64,000 nucleotides of DNA from positions 161,572,001 through 161,636,000 of the forward strand of contig OZ024741.1 of the NCBI GenBank assembly GCA_964016885.1, written 5' to 3'. The position numbers and the translations under genes were made by a program. Below are positions 1-12,597 of this stretch, one piece after another. The notes under the pieces were generated by a model, which did not search any database, was not told the DNA's origin, and saw only the letters and a list, made by a program, of their open reading frames with translations. Source of the DNA: Eledone cirrhosa. Lineage: Eukaryota. Position 1 is the stretch's first letter. Every line of letters starts with the position of its first letter.

Positions 1-311
1 CCACACCACCCCTTTCGATGTAAAGCTATGTTGGTACCACAACATCCAGTCCGAAATAAATGAGGTCGTGTAGGTGTCACGACAAAAAAACACACAGTCC
101 ACGCTGTAATGTGGCCGTGTAGGTAACACGGTAAAAACCTCCCAGTCCACACTGTAAACGTGGTTGGTGTTAGGAAGGGCATCCAGCCGTAGAAAACCCG
201 CCAGACAGTCCTATACGAGCAAGACAACCAATCTTGCCTCAAGTGGGAAAATTCCCGTCCAAACCCATGCAAGCGTGGAAGATAGACGTTAAACGATGAT
301 GATGATGATGA
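1..311 (+). mobile_element. RTE family A 3' UTR with (GAT)n tail
   Basis: Reverse complement of the 3' UTR of the copies at 3150 and 21658; ends ggaagatagacgttaaac(gat)n followed by (TA)n. Confidence 0.85.
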
Positions 312-404
312 TATGTATATATATATATACATATATATATATATACATATGTATATATATATATACATACATATATACACACATATATATATATATATAC
401 ATAT

Positions 405-2778
405 ATCATCATCATCATCATTTTACGTCCACTTTTCCCTGCTTGCAAGAGTGGGACGGGTCTTATTCAGCACAACAACTCTCCACTTGTCACGGTCCTT
501 CATCATCTCCACTGTGAGCTTCAGCGATCTGAGGTCTGTTCTCACCACCTCCGCCCATGTTTTTCGTGGTCTACCTCTACCACGTCTTCCTTCAACTGGC
601 ATTTGCTGGCACTTCTTCACCCATTAGTCGTCCTGCATGCGCATCACATGTCCATACCACTGCAGTCTCCTCTCTCGCACACTACATTCTATCCCTCTCA
701 GACACAGTTTCTCTCTCAACACATCCATGCAGGGTCGTTCACACACATTGACATTGCACATCCAACGGAGCATGCTTGCCTCATTTCTCTCCAGCCATCG
801 CATATCCTCTGCAGTTGCTCAGTCTCACTACCATGCAGCATTGCGCTCCTCACACATGTGTCATATAACCGGCCTTTCGTACGCAGCAAGAAACCTTCTT
901 CGTCAGCAGAGGAAGCAGCTCCCTAAACTTTTTCCAACCCGTCCTTATTCTAGATACTATGGCCTCGGAACACCCCCCTCCCATGCTAATCTGATAATCT
1001 GATCTCCTAGGTACCGGAAGCTATCCACTACATCTATAGCCCCACCTGCATTTGAAAAATGTGTCTATCAATGGGACTTCTACTGTCTAATTTCCCTGTA
1101 CATCTACTGCATACGTATTTCTCCCTACCTGTTAGTTTGCCTGCTATCCCGCTACATCTCTTGTGTACTCAGGATCTGCATATCGAACATGGCCATTTCC
1201 CTGACGGTATCAGAGTTTTGTCCTCTTTTCTACTCATCAACACTTTTGTCTTAGCTAGGTTCACTCTCAGTCCTCTTGCTTCCAACTGCTGTTTCTATAG
1301 CCAGAATTTATTCTCTAGCTCCTCTACTGATTCTGTTATAAGAACCAGATCGTCAGCATAGAAAAGTTCCCATGGACAGCCAGTCTTAAACTCCTGTTAT
1401 GGCTTGGAGGACTATAATGAACAAGAGCGGGCTGAGGACCAAACCTTGATGTACTCCTACTTGTATCTGGAATTCCTCACTAAACTCCATTCCTACCCTG
1501 ACTACCTCTGTACAAAGTTTGCACTGTCCTCACAAGCCATTCCTCAACACCTAGTTTCCTTAGAGACCACCAGATGACAGATCGGGGTACCCTATCAAAG
1601 GCCTTCTCTAGGTCAACAAAGGCTAAGTATAGTGGCTTATTTTTCTCTAAGAACCTCTCTTGTAATTGTCTCACCAAGAAGAGGGCTTCTGTTGTACTCT
1701 TCTCATGCACAAAACCAAACTGCATCTCATTTAGTTTGACCCTTTCTCTAATTAGTTGTGCTAATATCCTTTCTGCCACTTTCATAACCTGATCCATCAG
1801 TTTTATACCCCTATAATTGCTCCTCTCCAGAGCATCCCCTTTACCTTTGTAGCAATTTATGAGAATACTGCTGCACCTGTCTTTGGGTATGACACCACTA
1901 TATATAGCCTGACTGATGTTGCGTGCAACCAGTTTAGTGCCTACGTCTCCTGATGCCTTCAGCATCTCAGCAACTATCCCCGATGGTCCAGCAGCCTTAC
2001 CATTTTTCATTTCCTTAATCGCCTCTCGGACCCTATATTCGTCAATCTCAATAGCTGGTCCCTCTGTTGGATCTACTGAGGGTAATTTCTTTCTCTCCCA
2101 TTCGTTCTCCACATTCATCAGTCTCTCATAATGACATTTCCAGGCCTCCTTTTTCTGATCTAAGTACATCGGCATCATTCCAGACACATTTATCTCCAAC
2201 AACATCCTGATTTGCATTGACACACTGCCTTGCAATGTGGAACACTCTCTGAGTGCTAAGTACACCTGACGTCTAGCTTCTCTCTTAGCGGCTGTATATC
2301 CTTCTCTATTCCCATCCCTTTTCCAAGCCTTCCATGCTAGTCTTTTGTCTCTAATGGCCCTATCTACTGTGCTGTTCCACCACCAGGACATTCTCTGTCT
2401 GTTTGGAGCTCTGCTCCAGCGACAAATTTCATCAGTAGCCTGCAGTAAGTTGTCACGTAAGAAATTCCAGTTATTATCTATGTCATACGACTGTAAATCG
2501 TCTTCTTTTTCATCATACACATCTTGAAGGGCTTTCCTAAATTTGTATTTTAGTGAAAGGTCTTTTAGCTTCCAGACCTTTCTTCTCCACACCTTCCTGT
2601 ATGTCTCATTCCTTCTCTTGCTTACTGAGATATCACTAATGACGAACCTATGCTGTGGGGTACATTCTTCCCCAGGGTATGCCTTGGTATTTGACACCAT
2701 CTGCCTGTCCCGCTGCCTAATTAGTAAGAAGTCAATCTGGCATATGTGCTTGCCTGATTTGTAGGTTATTAGGTGGTT
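405..2778 (-). mobile_element. RTE family B LINE, 5'-truncated with internal deletions
   Basis: ORF 1480-2820 has the end of APE plus RT motifs ([12 protein letters not shown]); highly similar to the 15549-18618 copy; C-terminus [11 protein letters not shown] followed directly by an (ATG)n tail. Confidence 0.92.
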
Positions 2779-2799
2779 GAAAGTATATACATATATGTT

Positions 2800-3072
2800 A
2801 TGTGTTGTTTCCTTGAGCAAGACACTTTATTTCATATTGCTCCAGTTTACTCAGCTGTAGAAATGAGATGATAGGGACTGGGGTCCAAATCATTCCACTG
2901 CAAAGTGGTCATGTAGGTGCCACAACAAAAAAGCACCCAGCACTCACTGTAAATGAGGTTGGTGTTAGGAAGGGCATCCAGCTGTAGAAATCAAGCCACA
3001 ATCAGTTCCCGTCCCACCCTTGCAAGCAGGGAAAAAGTGGGCGTAAAATGAAATGAAAATGAAATGAAATGA
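2800..3072 (+). mobile_element. CORE-like SINE, 5'-truncated, with RTE-B 3' tail
   Basis: Same sequence as 9045-9308 (ccttgagcaagacacttta... to cccacccttgcaagcaggg). Confidence 0.85.
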
Positions 3073-3149
3073 TATATGTATATACATCATCATCATCATC
3101 ATTTAACGTCCATCTTCAACGCTTGCATATACATATATGTATATATATA

Positions 3150-6100
3150 TCATCATCATCATCATCATCATCAACGTTTAACGTCCGTGTTCCACGCTTG
3201 CATGGGTTTGGACGGGGGGTTTTCCCACTTGAGGCAAGAGTGATTGTCTTGCTCGCATAGGACTGTCTGGCAGGTTTTCTACAGTTGGATGCCCTTCCTA
3301 ACACCAACCACATTTACAGTGTGGGTCTGGGAGGTTTTTACCGTGTTGCCTACACGGCCACATTACAGCGTGGACTGTGTGTTTTTTTGTCGTGACACCT
3401 ACACGATCTCATTTGTTTCGGCCTGGATGGTGTGGCACCAACACAACTTTACATAGAAGGGGTGGTGTGGATGGGGGGGGGGGGGGGTATTTTATTAGAG
3501 ATGCCTACTGACTGTAGTAGGTTTTACTATGTATTTAGGTAAGGCGGGTCTTCTCTATTACTGAGTACCGCCAAAGGTCTCGGTCCAGTGACATTGTCTT
3601 GGAGAGGTGTAAGTGTGTGAGGTCGGAGTTCATCAGCTCGTCCCAGGTTTTTCTAGGTCTGCCTATTCCGTGGCTACCGTCTATCTTTATTGCCCTGCAC
3701 TTTGTTATACAGCTATCGACTTTCATGTGCATCACGTGTCCATACCAACGTAGCCTTCTCTCGAGTAAACAACATCTGATCCCTCTTATTTCTAATTTTT
3801 TCCTTAGTTCGTTTATGCTTTGCCGTTCACGTATATTACTATTACACATCCAGCGGAGCATGCAAGCTTCGTTCCTCTCTAGTCTGCGTATATCCTCTGC
3901 ACACAATGCCCAGGTCTCACTGCCATGCAACATTGCTGTTCGTATGCAGGCATCATACAACCTGCCTTTCATTTTTAGGGAGAACCCTTTAGCGGCTAAT
4001 AGTGGTATAAGCTCTCTGAACTTTTTCCATCCAGTTCTGACTCTAGCTACTGAACTTTCAGAGCACCCTCCCCCACTGCTGATTTTGTCACCCAGGTAAC
4101 GGAAGCTGTCCACTATTTCTATAGAGCCCTCTGCGCAGTTGAAAGAGCTAGTATTTTGTGGGCACTTGCTGCTACTTATTGCACCAGAGCACCAGCCACA
4201 TGTGAAATCTATGTTCTTAGTTAGCTTACCTGTGATCCCACTACATCTTTTATGCACCCATACTTTGCATTTCTGACACAAAATGGAGTTTCTACCTACG
4301 CCTTTCCTACACACTGAGCATGGCCACTTCCCGGAAGGGACCGCCGCCTTATTTTCTTTCCTACAAACTAGAACTTTGGTCTTAGCCAGATTAATTTTAA
4401 GGCCTTTTGATTCTAGGCCGTGCTTCCATGTTTGGAATTTCTTCTCTAGCTCGGCCATTGATTCAGCTATGAGTGTTAGGTCGTCTGCGTATAGGAGTTC
4501 CCATGGGCAGCCGGTCTTGAACTCCTCTGTTATAGCCTGAAGGGCAATAATAAATAGTAGGGGGCTGAGAACAGAGCCCTGATGGACGCCAACTTTTACG
4601 CTAAACTCTTCACTATATTCGTTGTTAATTCTAACCTTGCTGACTGTTTCTTTATACATGGCTTGTATAGCTCTCACAAGCCATTCGTCAACACCTAGTT
4701 TTCTAAGAGCCCACCAGATAATGGAAAGGGGGACTCTGTCGAAGGCTTTCTCCAAGTCGACAAAAGCTAAGTAGAGGGGTTTACTTTTAGCAAGGTACTT
4801 CTCCTGTAGTTGTCGTACAATGAAAAGAGCGTCTGTGGTACTTTTGCCTGACACAAACCCGAACTGCATTTCATCTAGGTCAATTCTCTCTCTGATTAGT
4901 TGCGCTATTACTTTTTCCGTGACCTTCATGACCTGGTCGATTAATTTAATGCCTCTATAGTTACTCCTATCTAGGGCATCTCCTTTACCCTTATAACAGT
5001 TAACGATGATGCTGCTACGCCAGTCCTTCGGAACAACCCCATTCTGTATGACTTGGTTTACTATCCGGGTGACCATGGTGTGTCCCACCGTGCCAGATGC
5101 CTTCAGCATCTCAGCAACTATTTCCGAAGGCCCAGCTGCCTTACCCATCTTCATATCCTTGATTGCCTTACTTATTATACTACCCTCGACTAACACTGCT
5201 GGTCCCTCTATTGGGTCGATGTGGGGGAGACTGTCTTTCTCCCATTTATTCTCCTCATTTAGTAGCCTTTCATAGTGACACTTCCAAGCTACCTTCTTAT
5301 CAGCGTCAGTGATGGCAAGTACACCATCATCATTAAGTACACACTTCTCCCCGACAATATCACGGTTTTCCTTGACACATTGCCTAGCAATCCTGAACAC
5401 CTCACGTTTTTGGTCCTCGCGTTGTAGAACATGCTTGAACTTTCTTTCCTCTGCTTCCCTTCTTGTGAAGTACACTTGTCTCCTAGCTTCCCTCCTGGCC
5501 ACTTGATAGTCTTCTCTACTTCCCCCATCTCGCCATACTTTCCAAGCCTGCTTTTTGGCCTTAATTGACCCCTCCACCTTACTGTTCCACCACCATGTTA
5601 CTCCCCTCCTCCCTACAGGCCTGCTCCAGCCACAGACTTCGTCTGCCACCATCAGCAGGTTTGCCTTCAGGAATTCCCACTGTCCCTCTATATTGTCCGA
5701 CTCTAAATGCTCTTCCTTACTGTCGAAAGCATCAAGTAATATGCTTTGGAATTTATTTCTGGCTGTGGGGTCCTTTAGTTCCATATTTTTCTCCTGAGGA
5801 TAGTCCTCTTCTGCTGTCGGGTACGTCTCGTCCTGACTATGAGGTCGCTAATTATCAGTCTATGTTGGGGGGTGCATTCTTCATGGGGGAGGGATTTAGT
5901 GTTTACAACAGACACTCTGTCGCGTCTTCTGGTAAGGATATAATCTACCTGGCTTGTGTGTTCCCCGGATCTATAGGTGATCAGGTGATTGTCACGTTTT
6001 TTGAAGTTAGTGTTACAGATGGTTAGGTTATTTGCGTCACAGAATTCCAGGATTCTGGAGCCTTCCTCATTTCTAGTACCAAACCCATAGCCTCCATGGA

Positions 6101-6670
6101 TTTCGTCGTAGCCGTCACAATGTTGTCCAACGTGACCATTTAGGTCGCCTGCAATAATTATATAGTCACTGTCGGTTATTTGGGAGGTAGTGAGCATCAG
6201 TGTCTCATAGAATCTGTCTTTTATAGTGCCGGGCAGTCCGGATTGGGGTGCGTACGCAGATATTACTGTCACCGTAGTTCTATTGAGGACAAGTCTTATT
6301 TTAATTATTCTGTCGTTCACTCTATTTACGTCTATTATCTTATCTGCCCACTTTTCTGCTACCATGATTCCTACTCCACCCAGCCCATTCTCATTCCCCA
6401 CCCAGAAAAGCTTATAAAATCGTTTTTTACCCTCAATGAATCTAGCAGACCCACCCCTCCGCCTGGTCTCTTGAATACAACAAACATCGACCTCCTTACG
6501 TTCAAGCATTTCTAGAACCTCGTTAGCGCGACCTTTTAAGGTGCCTACATTTATGGTACCAACTCTGAAGTTTTGGATTGCGTTTGGAGGGTGGGAGCGG
6601 TGGGGGGCGGGGGGAGATGGGGTTATGTTAGCCATCCGCAGCCGAAACAAAGAGGAGTGCTCGCATTCTC
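3150..6670 (-). mobile_element. RTE family A LINE, near full length, one frameshift at ~5780
   Basis: ORF 5775-6650 is an APE endonuclease (GDLNGH, QETR); ORF 3535-5784 is RT (YADD) with an internal Cys/His finger; 3' UTR and (GAT)n tail present. Confidence 0.95.
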
Positions 6671-6808
6671 GTCCATGAGGTCAATTTGTCTTTATCTTTG
6701 GCATTGTCGCTGAGCGTCCAGATTTTTGTCTCTCTTCCACTCTCCAGGATTCCGTAGTCCATCCATCCATCATATATCGAAAGGTAACCAGGCAAGCGAT
6801 AGTATAGG

Positions 6809-6905
6809 CCTCTGGCTTATGATTGGTCCACGTAATAATAATGGTGGTGCGTGGGGGCTCTGGCTTATGATTGGTCCACGTAATAACAATGGTGGTGCGT
6901 GGGGG
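6809..6905. repeat. 48-bp tandem duplication upstream of the RTE-A ORF
   Basis: ctctggcttatgattggtccacgtaataa(t/c)aatggtggtgcgtggggg twice. Confidence 0.9.
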
Positions 6906-7476
6906 CGGGGGGGGAGGGGTGTTGGGTAGATAGCTATAAGGTAAGGATTGAATGAGGTCCTCGTATTTAACAAGCGATTAACAAAAATACAAGATTTGTT
7001 CTGTTCAATACGACAAAAACTCTCGTATTTAACAAGTAATAACAAAAAATACAGATTTGTTTTAGGAATACGTCAACTACATTTAGGATTTGGCAAGATT
7101 GGAGGTTTGGACTGGGTACGAAATGGAAGTGTGGAGATGGTAGAAAAATGTGTACATTACGTTACATGATATACCGTGAAGGAGCAGCGATGAATTTGGC
7201 GAAAGTGATTTACTTGAAGGGTTTATCTTATATATATATATATAGCTAAGAGAGAGAGGGGGAGAGAGGGAGAGAGAGAGATGGGGGGGATAGGTTTGGC
7301 CGCATGATGTAGGTATTGGGGTGGCTGACCGCGGAACCCTCATGAAGTAGAGGAAGGGGGGCGAAGGATAGTAGTATATATATCTATATACATATAGATA
7401 GTAGTATATATATCTATATACATATATGTCTATATATCTATATACATATATATAGTAGTATATATATCTATATACA

Positions 7477-7513
<37 letters not shown>

Positions 7514-7762
7514 TGTATTTACACCATTTTCTTGTCTCTCTCTCTGTTTTACACGATCCATTTACTTAGAATCCAAGCTTTCACTTTTATTCGTTAATTC
7601 TGTCAGACCCTCAAAAACAATCGTCTTGTATTTAAACTCTGATTACTGTTATATGTCCGTTTAAGGTTTAGATTTTTAAAAAATAGCCTTCTAGTTAACT
7701 TCCCCATATCCCTCTCCCCCCGCCCCCACTCGCCAGAATTATTAGATGGGAACTTCTATACA

Positions 7763-8355
7763 CAGATGATCATAGCTGAATCAATGGCTGAACTAGAGAA
7801 GAAATTCCAAACTTGGAAGCATGGCCTAGAATCAAAAGGCCTTAAAATGAACTTGTCTAAGACTAAAGTTCTAGTATGTAGGAACGAAAATAGGGCCCTG
7901 GTCCCCTCTGGGAAATGGCCATGCTCAGTGTGTAGGAAAGGAGTAGGCAGAAACTCCATTTTATGTCCCAAATGCAAAGTATGTGTGCATAAAAGATGTA
8001 GTGGGATCACAGGTAAGCTAACTAAGAATATAGATTTTATATGTGGCCGGTGCTCTGGTGAAATAAGTAGCAGCAAATGCCCACAGGATACTAAGTCCTT
8101 CCATTGCCCAGATGGTTCTATAGAAATAGTGGACACCTTCCGTTATCTGGGTGACAAAATCAGAAGTGGTGGAGGGTGCTCTGAAAGTACAGTAGCTAGA
8201 GTCAGACCGGGATGGAAAAAGTTCAGAGAGCTTATACCACTATTGGCCACTAAAGGTTTCTCCCTAAAAATGAAAGGCAGACTGTTATATGGCAGTGAGA
8301 CATGGGCATTGTGTGCAGAGGATCTGCGCAGACTGGAGAGGAATCAAGCTTGCAT
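7763..8355 (+). mobile_element. RTE-A internal fragment (RT C-terminal part and zinc finger)
   Basis: [15 protein letters not shown]...CSVCRKG...FRYLGD; runs into (TA)n. Confidence 0.9.
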
Positions 8356-8508
8356 ATACATGTATATATATATATATATACACATGTATATATATACATG
8401 TGTATATGTATATATATATATACATATACACATGTATATATATACATGTGTATATATATATACATATGCACATGTATATATATATACATGTGTATACATA
8501 TATATATG

Positions 8509-8540
<32 letters not shown>

Positions 8541-8731
8541 CACATGTATATATAAACATGTGTATATGTATATATATATATACATGTATATATATATATA
8601 TATATACACATGTATATATATACATGTGTATATGTATATATGTATACATGTATATATATATATATATATACACATGTATATATATACATGTGTATATGTA
8701 TATATATACATGTGTATATGTATATATATAT

Positions 8732-8789
<58 letters not shown>

Positions 8790-8830
8790 GCATATATATA
8801 TATGTATATATATATATATACATATACACA
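8356..8830. repeat. Compound (TA)n/TACATG microsatellite
   Basis: Directly visible; representative of many similar tracts (e.g. 9310-9635, 11625-11785, 19175-19580, 20320-20563, 21445-21658). Confidence 0.95.
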
Positions 8831-8964
8831 TCTTTGTAGATAGCAGCTGTTTTCAGGTTATATAACTGTTATTGAAACACGTGTCAATAAATTCCTTTTA
8901 CTGAACTATATCCATTTAAATCCTTCTACATATATATATATGTATATATATATATACATATATG

Positions 8965-9308
8965 TGGAGGCATATGGCTTAGTGGTTAGAGCATTGGCCT
9001 TGCAATCGAAAGGTTGTGAGTTCAATTCTCAGACCGGGTGATGTGTTGTTTCCTTGAGCAAGACACTTTATTTCACATTGCTCCAGTTTACTCAGCTGTA
9101 GAAATGAGATGATAGGGACTGGAGTCTCTATCATTCCACTGTAAAGTGGTCGCAGAGGTGCCACGGCAAAAAAGCACCCAGCACTCACTGTAAATGAGGT
9201 TGGTGTTAGGAAGGGCATCCAGCTGTAGAAATCAAGCCAGAATCAGTTCCCGTCCCACCCTTGCAAGCAGGGAAAAGCGGACGTAAAATGAAATGATGAT
9301 GATGATGA
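8965..9308 (+). mobile_element. Full-length tRNA-derived CORE-like SINE with RTE-B tail
   Basis: A box tggcttagtgg, B box gagttcaattc, CORE-like ccttgagcaagacacttta...ctcagctgtagaaatg; 3' end matches RTE-B; (GAT)n tail. Confidence 0.88.
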
Positions 9309-9357
9309 TATATGTATATATATATATACATATAAATATATGTGTATATATATATAC

Positions 9358-9401
<44 letters not shown>

Positions 9402-9428
9402 GTATATATATATATATGTATATATATG

Positions 9429-9461
<33 letters not shown>

Positions 9462-9483
9462 GTATATATATGTATATTATATG

Positions 9484-9515
<32 letters not shown>

Positions 9516-9637
9516 CATATATATACATATATATATATACATATATATATATATACATATATATATACACATATATATATACACATATATATATACATAT
9601 ATATATATATACATATATATATACATATATATATCGT

Positions 9638-11606
9638 CATCATCATCATCATCATCATTGTTTAACGTCCATGTTCCACGCTTGCATGGGTTTGGACGGG
9701 AGTTTTCCCACTTGAGGCAAGAGTGGTTGTCTTGCTCGCATAGGACTGTCTGGCGGGTTTTCTACAGCTGGATGCCCTTCCTAACACCAACCACATTTAC
9801 AGTGTGGGACTGGGAGGTTTTTACCGTGTTGCCTACACGGCCACATTACAGCGTGGACTGTGTTTTTTTTGTCATGACACCTACACGATCTCATTTGTTT
9901 CGGCCTGGAGATGCCTACTGACTGTAGTAGGTTTTACTTTGTATTTAGGTAAGGCGGGTCTTCTCTATTACTGAGTACCGCCAAAGATCTCGGTCCAGTG
10001 ACATTGTCTTAGAGAGGTGTAAGTGTGTGAGGTCGGAATTTATCAGGTCGTCCCAGGTTTTTCTGGGTCTGCCTACTCCGTGGCTACCGTCTATCTTTAT
10101 TGCCCTGCACTTTTTTATACAGCTGTCGTCTTTCATGCACATCACATGACCATACCAACGTAGCCTTCTCTCGAGTAAACAACATCTGATCCCTCTTATT
10201 TCTAATTTTTCCCTTAGTTCATTTATGCTTTGCCGTTCACGTATATTACTATTACACATCTAGCGGAGCATGCAAGCTTCGTTCCTCTCCAGTCTGCGTA
10301 TATCCTCTGCACACAATGCCCAGGTCTCACTGCCATGCAACATTGCTGTTCGTATGCAGGCATCATACAGCCTGCCTTTCATTTTTAGGGAGAACCCTTT
10401 AGTGGCTAATAGTGGTATAAGCTCTCTGAACTTTTTTCATCCAGTTCTGACTCTAGCTACTGTACTTTCAGAGCACCCTCCACCACTGCTGATTTTGTCA
10501 CCCAGGTAACGGAAGCTGTCCACTATTTCTATAGAACCCTCTGCGCAATTGAAAGAGCTAGTATTTTTTGGGCACTTGCTGCTACTTATTGCACCAGAGC
10601 ACCGGCCACATATAAAATCTATGTTCTTAGTTAGCTTACCTGTGATCCCACTACATCTTTTATGCACCCATACTTTGCATTTGGGACATAAAATGGAGTT
10701 TCTACCTACGCCTTTCTTACACATGGAGCATGGCCATTTCCCGGAAGGGACCGGCGCCTTATTTTCTTTCCTACAAACTAGAACTTTAGTCTTAGCCAGG
10801 TTAATTTTAAGGCCTTTTGATTCTAGGCCGTAGGGGGCTAAGAACAGAGCCCTGATGAACACCAACTTTTACGCTAAACTCTTCACTATATTCGTTGTTA
10901 ATTCTAACCTTGCTGACTGTTTCTTTATACATGGCTTGTATAGCTCTCACAAGCCATTCGTAAACACCTAGTTTTCTAAGAGCCCACCAGATAATGGAAC
11001 GGGGGACTCTGTCGAAGGCTTTCTCCAAGTCGACAAAAGCTAAGTATAGGGGTTTACTTTTAGCTAGGTACTTCTCCTGTGGTACTTTTGCCTGACACAA
11101 ACCCGAACTGCATTTCATCTAGATCAATTCTCTCTCTGATTAGTTGCGCTATTACTTTTTCCGTAACCTTCATGACCTGGTCGATTAATTTAATGCCTCT
11201 ATAGTTACTCCTATCTAGGGCATCTCCTTTACCCTTCTAACAGTTAATGATGATGCTGCTACGCCAGTCCTTCGGAACAACTCCACTCTGTATGACTTGG
11301 TTTACTATCCGGGTGACCATGGTGTGTCCCACCGTTCCAGAGGCTTTCAGCATCTCAGCAACTATTTCCGAAGGCCCAGCCGCCTTACCCGTCTTCATAT
11401 CTTTGATTGCCTTACTTATTATACTACCTTCGACTAACACTGCTGGTCCCTCTATTGGGTCGATGTGGGGGAGACTGTCTTTCTCCCATTTATTCTCCTC
11501 ATTTAGTAGCCTTTCGTAGTGACACTTCCAAGCTACCTTCTTATCAGCGTCAGTGATGGCAATCATCATTAAGTACACACTTCTCCCCGACAATATCACG
11601 TTTTTC
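9638..11606 (-). mobile_element. RTE-A, 5'-truncated, degenerate with deletions
   Basis: Fragmented ORFs 9945-10259, 10437-10865, 10807-11118 and part of 11237-11932 match RTE-A RT; the YADD region is deleted at ~10830. Confidence 0.92.
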
Positions 11607-11629
11607 CTATATATATTTATATTTCCTAC

Positions 11630-11660
<31 letters not shown>

Positions 11661-11680
11661 CATATATATACATATATATA

Positions 11681-11751
<71 letters not shown>

Positions 11752-12006
11752 GTATATATATACATATATATATATATATGTATATGAATATTGGGAGCAG
11801 CAGCTGTTTAGGGCAAGACGTGTTTTCTCGGGCTCTGCTAGAGTCAGCAGCAACACACAACCACGTGTTGCTACACACAAGGGGAAAGAGAAAAAAAAAA
11901 AAAAATGATGAGACCAATATAGATATGTACATTTATATTTATATCTAAATATTGCTATTATCATTTACAGTCCCTCTGTGTTTAATGTATGTTCATTAGT
12001 ATATGT

Positions 12007-12310
12007 GTTGTTATTTCTGCTTACATTTTACATATATACATATATATATCTATGCTTGCGTGGACCCCTCTCAAAAATTCGTTGGATTTTCTAATTGGAT
12101 ACCCCGAAACTGGATACCAACACTGAATACACCTGAACTTCTACCAGGAAATCTTTCGTTGTTATTTCTGCTTACATTTTACATATATACATATATATAT
12201 CAATGCTTGCATGGACCCCTCTTAAAAATTCGTTGGATTTTCTAATTGGATACCCCGAAACTGGATACCAACACTGAAAACACCTGAACTTCTACCAGGA
12301 AATCTTTCGT
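12007..12310. repeat. ~151-bp tandem duplication
   Basis: gttgttatttctgcttacatttt...ccaggaaatctttcgt occurs twice with few differences. Confidence 0.9.
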
Positions 12311-12597
12311 ATCAATTAAATTTTCTTTTCTTTGCTTCATATATATATATTATATATACTTGTCCGCCATTGCAAAAGGCCATAAATTCAAAATTTTGAA
12401 GAGAGAGGAAAAGAGAGAAGTGATCTATGAACTTGTACATCTCACTGACCCCCCGCCACCACAATAACAATAATGTCTACACTCACTCCCCACCATCACC
12501 ACAGTACTCATTACTCTATCTAAGGTGGCTGACCTGTTCCCTGTTCCCTGTTGACATACTGCTGACTCTTTTGATGTATGTATGTGTATATACATAT

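Noticed and set aside
3599-5797. Recurrent antisense ORFs over RTE copies
   Set aside because: Shadow frames of the RT ORF, repeated only because the element is repeated.
6670-7370. HDV-like ribozyme in the putative RTE-A 5' UTR
   Set aside because: Could not fold a nested double pseudoknot by eye, and the UTR extent is unconfirmed.
8870-8892. gaaacacgtgtcaataa as a hammerhead 3' half
   Set aside because: No CUGANGA core upstream; at most a remnant.
8965-9040. tRNA gene
   Set aside because: A and B boxes belong to a multi-copy SINE head; no complete cloverleaf.
8250-9921. Many long Tyr/Ile-rich ORFs here and elsewhere
   Set aside because: Translations of (TA)n microsatellites, which lack stops.
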